A DNA stretch of 48,432 nucleotides from Myxococcales bacterium (lineage in GTDB: Bacteria; Myxococcota_A; Polyangia; Fen-1088), in contig JANNNO010000288.1 in assembly GCA_031398585.1 (NCBI GenBank), forward strand, positions 1 to 48,432, read 5' to 3'. The notes beneath the pieces were generated by a model. It searched no databases, had not been told where the DNA came from, and was given only the letters and a program-made list of their open reading frames with translations. Below are positions 9,225 to 18,609 of this stretch, one piece after another; within the stretch, counting starts at the first letter, position 1, and each line of letters begins with the position of its first letter. The translations under genes were made by a program, and so were the position numbers.

Positions 9225-9992
9225 ATGGATATCGCAACGATTGGCGGGCTGGTGTTCGCCATCTTCTGCATCCTCTTCGGGCAAGCGCTCGAAGGTGGGC
9301 ACGCCAGCTCACTGATGCAGCTGACCGCAGGCATCATCGTGGTCGGCGGTACCGTCGGTGCCGTCATGGTCGCCAATCCGATGAAGGACTTCATCGCGGG
9401 TCTGAAGGCTTTCAAGATCGCGCTCAAGAACCCGAAGCACGACCTTGGCAAAATCATCACGGAGATATCGGAGCTGGCTGCGCTGGCCCGACGCGACGGC
9501 GTGCTGGCGCTCGAGCAGCGCTTGCAGGCGATCGAGGATCCTTTCATGAAGCGCTCGGTCGGCTTTCTGGTCGACGGCGTCGATTCTGCGGTGGCGCGCG
9601 ACGCGCTCGAGACCGAGATCCACATCGAGTTCGAGGAAGGCACCGTGGCGGCCAAGGTCTGGGAGGCCGGCGGCGGTTTCGCTCCGACGGTCGGCATCTT
9701 GGGCGCCGTGCTCGGTCTGATTCACGTCATGGAGAACTTGTCGGACCCGACCAAGTTGGGTCCCGGTATCGCCGTCGCATTCGTCGCAACGGTGTACGGC
9801 GTCGGTCTGGCAAACCTGCTCTTTTTGCCCATCGCGACCAAGCTGAAGCGAAGGTTGGCGGTCGAGAAGGAACGCAAGACGATCATCGCCGAGGGCGTGC
9901 TTTCGATTCAGGCGGGCCTCAACCCGCGTGTCATCGAAGAGAAGCTGAAGTCGTATGCCGGCGGTCACGTCGGTCACGCGCCCAAGAAGTAG
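9225..9992 (+). CDS. motA: Flagellar stator protein MotA
   Basis: SD GGGGAGGAA upstream. Four hydrophobic segments and MotA/TolQ/ExbB-type C-terminal TM pair (GPGIAVAFVATVYGVGLANLLFLPIATKL). Confidence 0.9.
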   Translation: MDIATIGGLVFAIFCILFGQALEGGHASSLMQLTAGIIVVGGTVGAVMVANPMKDFIAGLKAFKIALKNPKHDLGKIITEISELAALARRDGVLALEQRLQAIEDPFMKRSVGFLVDGVDSAVARDALETEIHIEFEEGTVAAKVWEAGGGFAPTVGILGAVLGLIHVMENLSDPTKLGPGIAVAFVATVYGVGLANLLFLPIATKLKRRLAVEKERKTIIAEGVLSIQAGLNPRVIEEKLKSYAGGHVGHAPKK

Positions 9993-10022
9993 ACGTTCGG
10001 AGACCCTGGCGCGTACCGTTCG

Positions 10023-10799
10023 ATGGCGAAGAAACAATCACACCCGGAGCACGAGAATCACGAGCGTTGGCTCGTCTCGTACGCCGACTTCATCACGCTT
10101 TTGTTCGCATTCTTCGTCGTCTTGTACGCCACGAGCCGCGTCGACAACAAACGCGTTCAGCAGGTGCAGCAGTCGATCAAGTTCGCGATGCACTTCAAGG
10201 GGTCAGGCGGCGTCGGCGAGCTGCCGCTGTTCGAAGGGCCGCTGTCCGAAGGCGGCTGCGCCACCAATGTCGGCAACGGACAGCGCAGTCAGGTGCTCGA
10301 AGCGCGCAAGGAGGCCGAACGCATCCGGCGCAAGATCAAGCGACGGATCGAACAGGCGCTGCTCAACAAGCCCGAGAACCAGAAGGCAGTCTCGATCGAG
10401 TTGGAAGGCAAACGGGTCATCGTTCGGCTGTCGGCCTCGCGATTCTTCGATCCGAACCAGGCGGCCATCCGTCCCGAGATGATCCCGGTGCTGGATGTCC
10501 TGGCGGGCGAGCTCGAGGCCCTCAAGCGTCCGGTGCGCGTCGAAGGCCACACCGACGACATGCTGGCGACCACGCGCAAGTTCCGCGACAACTGGGATCT
10601 CTCCTCGTCGCGGGCCGCCGCCGTCGTGACGTATCTCGAACGCGCCCACCGCATGCCGGGCGAACGCCTGACTGCAGCTGGCCACGGCTCCACGCGCCCC
10701 ATCGCCAGCAACGAGACCAGCGCGGGCCGCGAGGCCAACCGGCGGGTTGAGATGGTGATCGAGGCGGGCGAAGACGGCCTGCACTACATCGGCAAGTGA
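10023..10799 (+). CDS. motB: Flagellar stator protein MotB (OmpA-like C-terminal domain)
   Basis: HERWLVSYADFITLLFAFFVVLYA contains the conserved TM Asp. C-terminal OmpA/PG-binding motifs (NWDLSSSRAAAVVTYL, NRRVEMVI). Confidence 0.9.
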   Translation: MAKKQSHPEHENHERWLVSYADFITLLFAFFVVLYATSRVDNKRVQQVQQSIKFAMHFKGSGGVGELPLFEGPLSEGGCATNVGNGQRSQVLEARKEAERIRRKIKRRIEQALLNKPENQKAVSIELEGKRVIVRLSASRFFDPNQAAIRPEMIPVLDVLAGELEALKRPVRVEGHTDDMLATTRKFRDNWDLSSSRAAAVVTYLERAHRMPGERLTAAGHGSTRPIASNETSAGREANRRVEMVIEAGEDGLHYIGK

Positions 10800-10911
10800 C
10801 GTCATGACCGCCGTCGTGATCGCCGTTTCCTGCTGGTGCCTGATCTGGGCAGGCAGTCGCTGACACCCTTGGGCCTCGGCCCTTCCCCTGGCGGCGCCTT
10901 CGCCGCGGGTC

Positions 10912-11829
10912 GTGTATCTTGGCCGCATGTCTCCCAAGGCGGGCGGGCCCGCAGCTGCAGGATCGTTCGGTGCCGTCCGCGACAAACATGCCGAGGGCAA
11001 CCGTCGGTCGCGCGATGACTGGGAGCTCTATCGTCCCCATCGCGAGCACTTGACCCGTCTCATCGCTGGCATCGCGGCGCGAGAGGGTACCGATGGGCCC
11101 GAAGGCGCTCTGGTGCTGCTGGGCGCGGGCAACTGCAACGACGTCGACGTCGAGCAGCTGGCGAGGCAGTTCGCTGTGATTCATCTGGTCGACATCGATG
11201 CGGGGGCTCTCGATCGCGCGAAGTCGCGGCTTTCGCCCGAGGTGCGCGCGCGGACGACGGCCCACGGGGGCGTCGATCTCACGGGGCTCCTCCAGCCCAT
11301 CGAAAAGAGCCGGGGCAAGCTGGGCGACGACGAAAAGGCCCTGGCGCAGGCGGTGGACGAGGGGACGGCTGGCTTGCTGAGCAAGTTGCCGGCGGGGCAG
11401 GGACGCGTGGTGGTCTCGTGTTGTCTACTCAGCCAGCTCGGCTGGAGCCTCGAGGAAGCGGCCGCCGGGGACGACGAGCGGGGCATGCGCCTGCGGGTCG
11501 CCGCGCTGACGGTGCACCTGCGTACGCTGGCGGGACTCTGCCGCTCCGGGGGCACCGCTCTCATCGCCGCCGACATCGTCTCGTCGCAGCTCTATCCCCT
11601 CGACGAACTGGAAGAAGGCGTCGACCTGCGCCAGCTCGCCGCTGACCTCATCGCTCGTCAGGACATCGTCTACGCGTCGGCCAATCCGGTGCTGGTGGGA
11701 CGGCTCCTGCGTAAGGACGATGGGTGCAAGGACGCCTTCGCGCCGGCGATGATCCTGACGCCGTGGCTCTGGACGGGGCAGTTCGAACGCACGTACCTCG
11801 TTTACCCCCAGCTTTTGCAGCGGCGGTGA
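10912..11829 (+). CDS. Hypothetical Rossmann/class I methyltransferase-like protein (paralogue 1)
   Basis: High GC3 in frame. Collinear motif sharing with the ORF at 12904..14196 (LVLLGAGNCND...IHLVDIDAGAL, VDLTG, VVVSCCLLSQLGW). ATG at 10927 is an alternative start. Function is inferred only. Confidence 0.55.
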   Translation: MYLGRMSPKAGGPAAAGSFGAVRDKHAEGNRRSRDDWELYRPHREHLTRLIAGIAAREGTDGPEGALVLLGAGNCNDVDVEQLARQFAVIHLVDIDAGALDRAKSRLSPEVRARTTAHGGVDLTGLLQPIEKSRGKLGDDEKALAQAVDEGTAGLLSKLPAGQGRVVVSCCLLSQLGWSLEEAAAGDDERGMRLRVAALTVHLRTLAGLCRSGGTALIAADIVSSQLYPLDELEEGVDLRQLAADLIARQDIVYASANPVLVGRLLRKDDGCKDAFAPAMILTPWLWTGQFERTYLVYPQLLQRR

Positions 11830-11832
11830 TCG

Positions 11833-12840
11833 TCAAGGAGCTGGGGAGGCATTCGCCGGGTGCGCTCTCACGGCCGTGCGCAGGGGCAGCCGGCGGTAAA
11901 AGCGTTCGGCATTGCGATACATGATCTTGTCTCTGACCGCGCGGCCCTTGTCGGCCAGATAGGCCTCCGCGATCGCAACCTGCGCCGCCAGGCCTCCCGA
12001 CAGCTCGGTCACCGGCCAGTTGCTGCCCCAGAGGATCCGATCGGCACCAAATGCAGAGAAGATGACGTCGAAGTGCGGTCGGTAGGCTTCGACCTGCAGC
12101 GGCGATTGCCAGGGTTGTTTGTCGCCGCCGGCGGGTGTCCAGAGGTCGAAGAACGACGAGAGCTTCATGTGGATGTTGGGTTCGGCCGCGAGGCGCTTCA
12201 TGTCGGCGACCCATTCCGGGTCGGGCGTGCCACCGCGGGCGCCGCCGAGGTGATTGATGATGATGCGTAGCCGCGGGATCTTGCGGGCGAGCTCGACGAT
12301 CCTGGCCTTGGGGTTGGTGTTGCCGCGGCTGATGAGATCGAGGGTCATTCCGCGCTGGGCGAGGGCCTGGAGGTGCGCGATCTGGCGCGCGTCGAGCTCG
12401 ATTTTCGGGCTCCAGAGAAATCCGCGGATGCCGACGACGCTCGGGTGACGAGCCAGCTCGGCGAGCTTTTCGAGAAAGTCAGGCGCGCCGAGATCGAGCG
12501 AGGCGACGACGAAGCGAAAGAAGCGCGGCCGGGCGCGGCTCGTGGCCACCAGCTCGAGGTTGTCGGCGAACGCTGGGCTGGCCTCCATGAGGCCCGTTCC
12601 GACGATGCCAAGAGGACGCGCGGCGGCCTGATAGAGCGCAGGCGTCATGTCCCGATAGAGGGTGGTGTTCTCGGGTGGCGGCCACGGGACGCCGCCCGGG
12701 CGCGTGACCCGGTAGACATGGATGTGCGTGTCCAGAATCGGCGGCAAGACCGGGGTGGTCGGGCGGCGCGCCTGGGCAAAGGTCGTGCTGGCCAGGAGGA
12801 CGAAGAAGGGGGCGAGGGCGACGGGCGCGGCGGAGCGCAT
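11833..12840 (-). CDS. Secreted amidohydrolase-2 (TIM-barrel metal-dependent hydrolase/lactonase-like) family protein
   Basis: Signal peptide MRSAAPVALAPFFVLLASTTFAQA. DTHIH (HxH), INHLGG, and LWGSNWPV where relatives usually carry GSDWP. Confidence 0.75.
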   Translation of the reverse strand: MRSAAPVALAPFFVLLASTTFAQARRPTTPVLPPILDTHIHVYRVTRPGGVPWPPPENTTLYRDMTPALYQAAARPLGIVGTGLMEASPAFADNLELVATSRARPRFFRFVVASLDLGAPDFLEKLAELARHPSVVGIRGFLWSPKIELDARQIAHLQALAQRGMTLDLISRGNTNPKARIVELARKIPRLRIIINHLGGARGGTPDPEWVADMKRLAAEPNIHMKLSSFFDLWTPAGGDKQPWQSPLQVEAYRPHFDVIFSAFGADRILWGSNWPVTELSGGLAAQVAIAEAYLADKGRAVRDKIMYRNAERFYRRLPLRTAVRAHPANASPAP

Positions 12841-12903
12841 GAGCTTTCATCATCGCGCCGGGCGGCTGCCACGGCACGCGTTTCCGACTATGCTGCGGCG
12901 TCG

Positions 12904-14196
12904 ATGTCGCTTTCTCGTCGTCTGCTTTCCGACCCGCACGCGGCTGCGGCGCTGGCTTTGGTGCAAAAGGCGTTGGATTGGTATGTCGCCGAGGCGGCCA
13001 ACGCCGAGGCGCCCCCTATCTCTCGGGACGATGCCCGTGCGTTGCAGGCCGCGTTCGCCGGCGCGGGCGCCTGGCGGCCTGAGCTGTTCGATCGCTTGAT
13101 CACCTTCGGGCAGGCGATGTGGAAACTCACGCAGCTCGGGCACGGACCGGGCAGCAACGTCGCCGATGCGCTGACGTCGCTGAGCACGATCGACATCACG
13201 CCCGGCGGCCCTGCCTGGCAATTCGATCGCGCCGTCGATGCCGCTGCGTTCGCGAAGTTCGAGTTTCGCGAGACCTCGCTCGGTATCGAAAAGGCGCAGC
13301 GCGAGCACCGCGAAGGCTGGTGGGCGCACGCGCAGAAGAGCCGCGCGTTCATCATGGACACCGTGGCGACGTTGCCGCGGCGACGGCTGGCCGTGGTGCT
13401 GGGGGCCGGCAGTCCGTTCGACCTTCCCCTCGCCGATCTGGCGCGCAGCTTCGAACGCGTGAGGCTGGTCGACATCGACGAGGCGGCGCTGCTCGCCACC
13501 AGCCGCGGCATCTGGAAGAGCGACGCCGAGCGGGCCAACGTCGAGCTGGCCACGGTCGACCTGACTGGGGTGAACGGCGTGCTGCTACAGCGGGTGGAAG
13601 CGGTGCTGGCGGGGCCGGCGTCCACTCCCGACGAGATGGAGGCGGCGGTGAGTGCTCTGGTCAGATCGTATCGGCTGCCTGCGCCGCCACGCTGGGCGCC
13701 CGACGATGACGACGCCGATCTCATCGTCTCGAGCTGCGTGGTGAGCCAGCTCGCCTGGCCGTGGCGCACCTACGCCGAGGGCCTCTTCGAGCGGCGCTTC
13801 GGAAAGATGACGCCGGCGCTCGAGCAGCGCTGGTCGACGGCCTGGACCGAGCTTGGCTTGCGGGTGCAGCAGGATCACATCAACGCGCTGGCGGACGCGG
13901 CGCCGCTGGCCGTGCTCACCTCCGACGTGATCAGTCACCGCACGGCTCTCGATCGAAGTGGCACCGAGCGCGACACCGGCCGGCGGGTTCTCACCATGGG
14001 CACCGAGAGCCTGCTCGAACGGATCCCGTCGTTCTATCGGCAGCAGCGTCACGCGCGCTGGGCCTGGAGCCGCTACCGGGCCAGCAAACGCGGCACCGAA
14101 GGCTCGCGCATGGACGTCGAGGCCCTGGTGCTCAGCGCGGGCGTGGAGGCGCCGCTCGGCCGGACGGCCGGCGGTCTCTGGCTGCCGGGGAGCTGA
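12904..14196 (+). CDS. Hypothetical Rossmann/class I methyltransferase-like protein (paralogue 2, with about 150-aa helical N-terminal extension)
   Basis: In-frame ATG (MSLSRRLL...) chosen because the longer track ORF (from 12373) would overlap the amidohydrolase gene. Motifs AVVLGAGSPFD...VRLVDIDEAAL, VDLTGV and LIVSSCVVSQLAW parallel paralogue 1. Confidence 0.55.
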   Translation: MSLSRRLLSDPHAAAALALVQKALDWYVAEAANAEAPPISRDDARALQAAFAGAGAWRPELFDRLITFGQAMWKLTQLGHGPGSNVADALTSLSTIDITPGGPAWQFDRAVDAAAFAKFEFRETSLGIEKAQREHREGWWAHAQKSRAFIMDTVATLPRRRLAVVLGAGSPFDLPLADLARSFERVRLVDIDEAALLATSRGIWKSDAERANVELATVDLTGVNGVLLQRVEAVLAGPASTPDEMEAAVSALVRSYRLPAPPRWAPDDDDADLIVSSCVVSQLAWPWRTYAEGLFERRFGKMTPALEQRWSTAWTELGLRVQQDHINALADAAPLAVLTSDVISHRTALDRSGTERDTGRRVLTMGTESLLERIPSFYRQQRHARWAWSRYRASKRGTEGSRMDVEALVLSAGVEAPLGRTAGGLWLPGS

Positions 14197-15364
14197 CGAG
14201 ATCGTGGAAGCCCTTCTGCGTGAGCCCCGCCAGCGAGACCCGCGCCAGCACGGTCTTGATTCGGCGGGCGACATTGCGGCCTGCCGTCGGCGACGGCTGC
14301 CGGCGTAGACCCGCGCGAAACTTCGGCGAGAGCGCCTGGGCGATGGCCGCTGCGATGGATCGGGCGTCGTCCGCGCAGTCGATCACCGAGGCGGCGCGGA
14401 GGCGGCCCTTCTGACGATCGCCGATGTTCACGGTCGGGGTACCGGCGACGGGGGCTTCGAGCAGCCCGCTCGACGAGTTGCCGATGACCACGTCGGCGGT
14501 GCCGAGGGCGCTGAGATAGCGGACCTGGCCGAGGGAGGCCACCAGGTGGGCGCGTCCTTGCCACCGCTGCACGAAAGCCGCTGCCTGCCGCGCGATGGGG
14601 CCGTGGCCCGGATCCGCATTGCTGCCAGTGATGAGCAGGTTGGCGTCGGGATGACTTTGCAGCGTGGCGGTCAACGCCGAGAAGAGCGCTTCTGCGCCCG
14701 CGACCGAGGCGGCGAGGGTGGCAGGGTGATACGTGACGAGCAGGAAGGGGCGACCCGGTGCGAAGCCAAGCGAGGCAGCGAGCGCACGTCGCGAGAGCAG
14801 CGGCAGCCGCTGGAAGTTGTCGTTGCCGAGGGCGCCGAAGGCGAAGACCCGGTCGGGCGCTTCGCCGAGCTGGATCACGCGCTGTCGGTAGGCGGGCGCG
14901 GCCACGAAATGCAGGTGCGAAAGCTTCGTCAGCGCGTGGCGGATGGCATCATCGAAAGCACCCAGCGTGAGCTCGCCGCCGTGAAGATGGGCCACCGGGA
15001 TGCGAGCGAAGAGGGCGGCCTGGGCGGCGGCCAGGATCTCGAAGCGATCGCCGAGGATCACCAGGAGATCCGGGCGTAGCTCCGCCAGCGTGTCGGCGAA
15101 CCCGATGACGCCGAGACCTGTCGACTTCGCGGTGGCGACGCCGTCGTCTCCCGCGAGCAGCATCGGGACGCGGCGATCGATGACGAAGCCGTCGGCCTCG
15201 ATGGCGCTGGCGGTCTCGCCGAAGCGCGGGTCGAGGTGCATGCCGGTGGCGACGATCTGCAACGTCAGGCGGCGGTCTGCAGCGATCTCGGTCATCAGCC
15301 AGCGCAAAAGGCCGTAATCGGCGCGGCTGCCGGTGACGACGCAGATCCGGCGCGGCGACGCCAT
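14132..15364 (-). CDS. neuC: Hydrolysing NDP-GlcNAc-type 2-epimerase (NeuC/LegG-like)
   Basis: ICVVTGSRADYGLLRWLM...IVATGMHLDPRFGET...LGDRFEILAAAQAA...PVAHLHGGELTLGAFDDAIRHALTKLSHLHF is the NeuC signature. Start at MASPRRICVV lies 2 nt after the upstream stop. Confidence 0.85.
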   Translation of the reverse strand: MASPRRICVVTGSRADYGLLRWLMTEIAADRRLTLQIVATGMHLDPRFGETASAIEADGFVIDRRVPMLLAGDDGVATAKSTGLGVIGFADTLAELRPDLLVILGDRFEILAAAQAALFARIPVAHLHGGELTLGAFDDAIRHALTKLSHLHFVAAPAYRQRVIQLGEAPDRVFAFGALGNDNFQRLPLLSRRALAASLGFAPGRPFLLVTYHPATLAASVAGAEALFSALTATLQSHPDANLLITGSNADPGHGPIARQAAAFVQRWQGRAHLVASLGQVRYLSALGTADVVIGNSSSGLLEAPVAGTPTVNIGDRQKGRLRAASVIDCADDARSIAAAIAQALSPKFRAGLRRQPSPTAGRNVARRIKTVLARVSLAGLTQKGFHDLVSSPAARDRRPSGRAAPPRPR

Positions 15365-15366
15365 GC

Positions 15367-16539
15367 TCAGCCCTGAGCGGCGCGCCGGATCGGCGCCGTC
15401 GCCCTGTGAATCGCCTCGATCACGCGGGCCTGCTCTCCGGTGCCAAGGCCGGCACTGGATGGCAAGCAGAGCCCACGGGCGAAGATGGCCTCGGCCACCG
15501 CGCCTCCCAGGCGGGGCGCCTGCTGGTAAGGCGGCAGCAGATGCAGCGGCGTCCAGATCGGGCGACTCTCGATGCCGGCAGCGCCGAGGCGTTGCGCGAG
15601 AGTCTGACGGTCGATTCCCGCGGCGGCGTCGATCTCGAGGTTGTAGAGCCAGCAGGAGGGCAAAGCCCACGGAACCCGTGCGGGCGTGCGCAATCCCGGG
15701 CGATCGGCAAAGGCGGCGTCGTAGCGGTCGGCGAGTTCGCGCTTGCGGGCGAGCAGAGCGGGCAGCTGCTCGAGCTGAGCGAGGCCAAGCGCGGCGGCGA
15801 GGTTGGTGAGGCGATAGTTGTAGCCGACGTCATCGTGGCGATACTCCGGGCCGGGAACCCGCGCCTGCGTGCTGAGGTGGCGAATTCGGCGGGCGAGCGG
15901 CTCGTCGTCGGTGATCACCATGCCGCCCCCGCCGGTGGTGATGATCTTGTTGCCGTTGAAGGAGAAGCAGCCGATGCGTCCCACGGTTCCGACCTGGCGG
16001 CCATCGAGAGCGCCGCCACGGTATCCAGCGCCGAGCGCCTCGGCCGCGTCCTCGATGAGCACGACGCCGTGCCGTTCGCACGCGGCTGCCAGCGCTTCGA
16101 GACGCGCGGGCTGGCCGAGGATGTGGACCGCGATCACGGCGCGGGGCTGCACGAGCCCAAGCCGTGCCCGTCGCTCGAGCTCCTGCATCACCAGGTCGGG
16201 ATCCAGGTTGAGAGTCTCGCTCTCGGCGTCGACGAGGACGGGCGTCGCACGCTCGTAGTGGATCGGATTGGCCGATGCGACGAAGGTCAGCGTCGATACG
16301 AAGATCTCGTCACCGGGCCCCGCGCCGATGGCGCGGCAGGCGAGGTGAAGCGCGGCCGTGCCACTGGCACACGCGATGGCGAAACGCGCGCCGACCTGGC
16401 GAGCAAAGGCCGCTTCGAAGCGCTCCACGAACGGCCCCACCGACGAGACGTAGCCGCTGGCCAAACACTCGTCGAGGTAGCGGCGTTCTTGCCCGCCGAG
16501 CAGCGGCTCGCACAGCGGAATTCGCTGCGCTTCAGACAT
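15367..16539 (-). CDS. DegT/DnrJ/EryC1-family PLP aminotransferase (LegC/PseC-like)
   Basis: MSEAQRIPLCEPLLGGQERRYLDECLASGYVSSVGPFVERFE...ASGTAALHLA...FSFNGNKIITTGGGGM. Start overlaps the upstream gene end by 8 nt. Confidence 0.85.
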   Translation of the reverse strand: MSEAQRIPLCEPLLGGQERRYLDECLASGYVSSVGPFVERFEAAFARQVGARFAIACASGTAALHLACRAIGAGPGDEIFVSTLTFVASANPIHYERATPVLVDAESETLNLDPDLVMQELERRARLGLVQPRAVIAVHILGQPARLEALAAACERHGVVLIEDAAEALGAGYRGGALDGRQVGTVGRIGCFSFNGNKIITTGGGGMVITDDEPLARRIRHLSTQARVPGPEYRHDDVGYNYRLTNLAAALGLAQLEQLPALLARKRELADRYDAAFADRPGLRTPARVPWALPSCWLYNLEIDAAAGIDRQTLAQRLGAAGIESRPIWTPLHLLPPYQQAPRLGGAVAEAIFARGLCLPSSAGLGTGEQARVIEAIHRATAPIRRAAQG

Positions 16540-17533
16540 GCAGGCCACCTTCGGGATAGTGGTGAAGGTTGCTGCGCAGCCAGTCGGCCGTGCGTCGCAG
16601 GCCGGTCGGCAGATCGGTGAGCGGGCGCCATCCCAGCTGGCTTGCGGCGAAACCGGGATCCGAGAGCAGCACCTCGACCTCGCTCTTGTCGGGACGAACG
16701 CGCGCTTCCTCGGTCTGCACTTCGGCCTGCTGCCCGACGGCCTCGCAGCAGGCCGCAAAGAGCTCGCCGATGGAGACGGCGTGTCCCGTGCCGAGCTGGA
16801 TGGTGCTGCCGTCGATGCCCGGGGCAAAAGCGGCCCGCACGAAGCCATCGACCGTGTCAGTTACGAAGGTGAGATCACGACGCGGGTCGAGGCGGCCGAG
16901 GCGGATGCGTTCGGCCCCGCGCAGAAGCTGCGTGAGGATGGTGGGCAGCACCGCCCGAGTCGACTGGCGCGGCCCATAGGTGTTGAACGGACGTAACACG
17001 ACGACCGGAGTGCCGAAGCTGCGCTGGTACGACAGGGCCAGCTGATCGGCGGCGACTTTGGTCGCGGCGTAAGGCGACTGCGCGTTGAGCGGATGGCTCT
17101 CGCGGATCGGCACGTCCTTGGGGGTGCCGTAGACCTCGCTGGTCGAGGTGTGGATCAAGCGGCCGATACCGTGCCGTCGGGCGGCCTCGAGCACGTTGAG
17201 CGTGCCGGTGACGTTGGTGTCTACATAGGAGGCCGGCGCGACGTACGAGTAGGGGATCGAGATCAAGGCCGCCAGGTGGAAGACGACGTCGACGTTGGCG
17301 GATGTCGCTTCGACGAAGCGGGCGTCCCGGATGTCGCCGAGCCGCACGTCGAGCGCTGCCCGCACCTCAGCCGTCGCGGTGTCGAGCCAGCCCCATGACC
17401 CCTGTGGGTTGTAAAGGCAGAGCGCGCGCACGTTCGCGCCTTCACTGACCAGCCGTTCGCACAGGTGGCTGCCGATGAAGCCATCGGCCCCCGTCACCAG
17501 CACCCGCCGCCCTCGCAAGCTCACGCCTTCCAT
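16532..17533 (-). CDS. NAD-dependent sugar-nucleotide 4,6-dehydratase/epimerase (LegB-like SDR)
   Basis: VLVTGADGFIGSHLCERL Rossmann motif, YNPQGSWGWLD, and the YAATK catalytic YxxxK. Confidence 0.8.
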   Translation of the reverse strand: MEGVSLRGRRVLVTGADGFIGSHLCERLVSEGANVRALCLYNPQGSWGWLDTATAEVRAALDVRLGDIRDARFVEATSANVDVVFHLAALISIPYSYVAPASYVDTNVTGTLNVLEAARRHGIGRLIHTSTSEVYGTPKDVPIRESHPLNAQSPYAATKVAADQLALSYQRSFGTPVVVLRPFNTYGPRQSTRAVLPTILTQLLRGAERIRLGRLDPRRDLTFVTDTVDGFVRAAFAPGIDGSTIQLGTGHAVSIGELFAACCEAVGQQAEVQTEEARVRPDKSEVEVLLSDPGFAASQLGWRPLTDLPTGLRRTADWLRSNLHHYPEGGLHV

Positions 17534-18609
17534 CCTGCCTCGGCAGAAGCAGGCTCGCCAGCTTCGTCGCCGTCACCTTGCCCGAGGGCGCGGGCGAGCT
17601 CGGATTTCTGTCCGACGTCGATCCAGTCGTCTTCGAAGGGGAACGCGCGCAGCAGCTGTCCGCGTCCCAGCGCATGCTGAAACAGCGTCGGCATGCCGTA
17701 GTCCTGATCCTTGGGGATCTGGGCGACCAGCTCCGGGTTGATGACGTACATGCCGGTGTTGATGGTCTGGCGCAGCTGCGGCTTTTCCTCGCAGGCGGTG
17801 ATGCGATCACCTTCGAGGCGCACGCACCCGAATGGGACCGTGTGCATGTAGCGGCGAATGCCCATGGTGCCGACCTGGCCGCCAGCCTGGTGGAAATCCA
17901 GCATCGCCCCGAGGTTGGCCTGGGTGACGAGATCACCGTTCATGACGATGAAGGGGTGCGCCGGGCGATCGCGCAGCAGGGCGAGGGCGCCGCCGGTGCC
18001 GAGCGGCTTGGTCTCGCGCAGATAGTCGATGTGGCAGCCGAGCGCGGTGCCGTCCTTGAAGTGATCTTCGATCACATGCCCGAGGTAGTTGATGGCCAGC
18101 GTGATGCGCCGGATACCGAAGCTCATGAGGTGAAGCACGATCCGCTCGAGGATCGGACGGCCGGCCACGGTCAACATCGGCTTGGGGATCCGCTCGGTCA
18201 GCGGCAAGAGGCGGGTGCCGCGGCCACCGGCCATCACGACGGCCATGTTCGGTCGCAACGGGACGCCGATGAGATCACGGATGGAGTGCAGACCGACCAG
18301 GCGTCCGTCGCCATCGACGATCGGCACCTGCCCCAGGTGACGCGCCTTCATCAGCTCGAGCACGTCGGCCCGCCCGGTCTCGGGGCGTACGGCGATGAAC
18401 TCGGATCGCAGGTGCGGCGCCAGCGGCGATTCCACCGGGACGCCGCGCAGGACCAGGCGGCGTACGTCGCCATCGGTGAAGAGGCCTCGCAGGCGATCAT
18501 GTTCGTCGACCACGAGCGCGATCGACAGGGATCCTCGCTCGAGCGCCCAGAGCACGTCGAGTAGACGCTGGTGGTGCAGCACCTTGGCGTCGTCAAGCGC
18601 CGGCGACAC
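17521..18609 (-). CDS. CBS-pair plus nucleotidyltransferase fusion (PtmE-like sugar-1-phosphate nucleotidyltransferase)
   Basis: N-terminal CBS-like repeats (LVVDEHDRLRGLFTDGDVRR; VPIVDGDGRLVGLHSIRDL), then MAGGRGTRLLPLTERIPKPML, an NTP-transferase motif. GTG start. Confidence 0.8.
   Translation of the reverse strand: MSPALDDAKVLHHQRLLDVLWALERGSLSIALVVDEHDRLRGLFTDGDVRRLVLRGVPVESPLAPHLRSEFIAVRPETGRADVLELMKARHLGQVPIVDGDGRLVGLHSIRDLIGVPLRPNMAVVMAGGRGTRLLPLTERIPKPMLTVAGRPILERIVLHLMSFGIRRITLAINYLGHVIEDHFKDGTALGCHIDYLRETKPLGTGGALALLRDRPAHPFIVMNGDLVTQANLGAMLDFHQAGGQVGTMGIRRYMHTVPFGCVRLEGDRITACEEKPQLRQTINTGMYVINPELVAQIPKDQDYGMPTLFQHALGRGQLLRAFPFEDDWIDVGQKSELARALGQGDGDEAGEPASAEAGWKA

Noticed and set aside
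14132-14196. 65-nt convergent overlap between paralogue 2 and neuC 3-prime ends.
   Set aside because: Both tails are low-complexity and extend beyond the conserved cores. This is probably an unremarkable overlap of non-essential C-terminal tails, not a regulatory antisense device.
15365-15670. N-terminal extensions of track ORFs beyond the family-supported starts (neuC to 15670, aminotransferase to 16848, neuB to 20385, neuA to 21350, GT2 to 24605, flgI to 34585, methyltransferase to 44564, hybrid kinase from 44166, paralogue 2 from 12373).
   Set aside because: The extensions overlap upstream genes and are Arg/Pro-rich. Internal ATG/GTG/TTG codons give canonical N-termini, and most give short overlaps or gaps of a few nt with the upstream gene.
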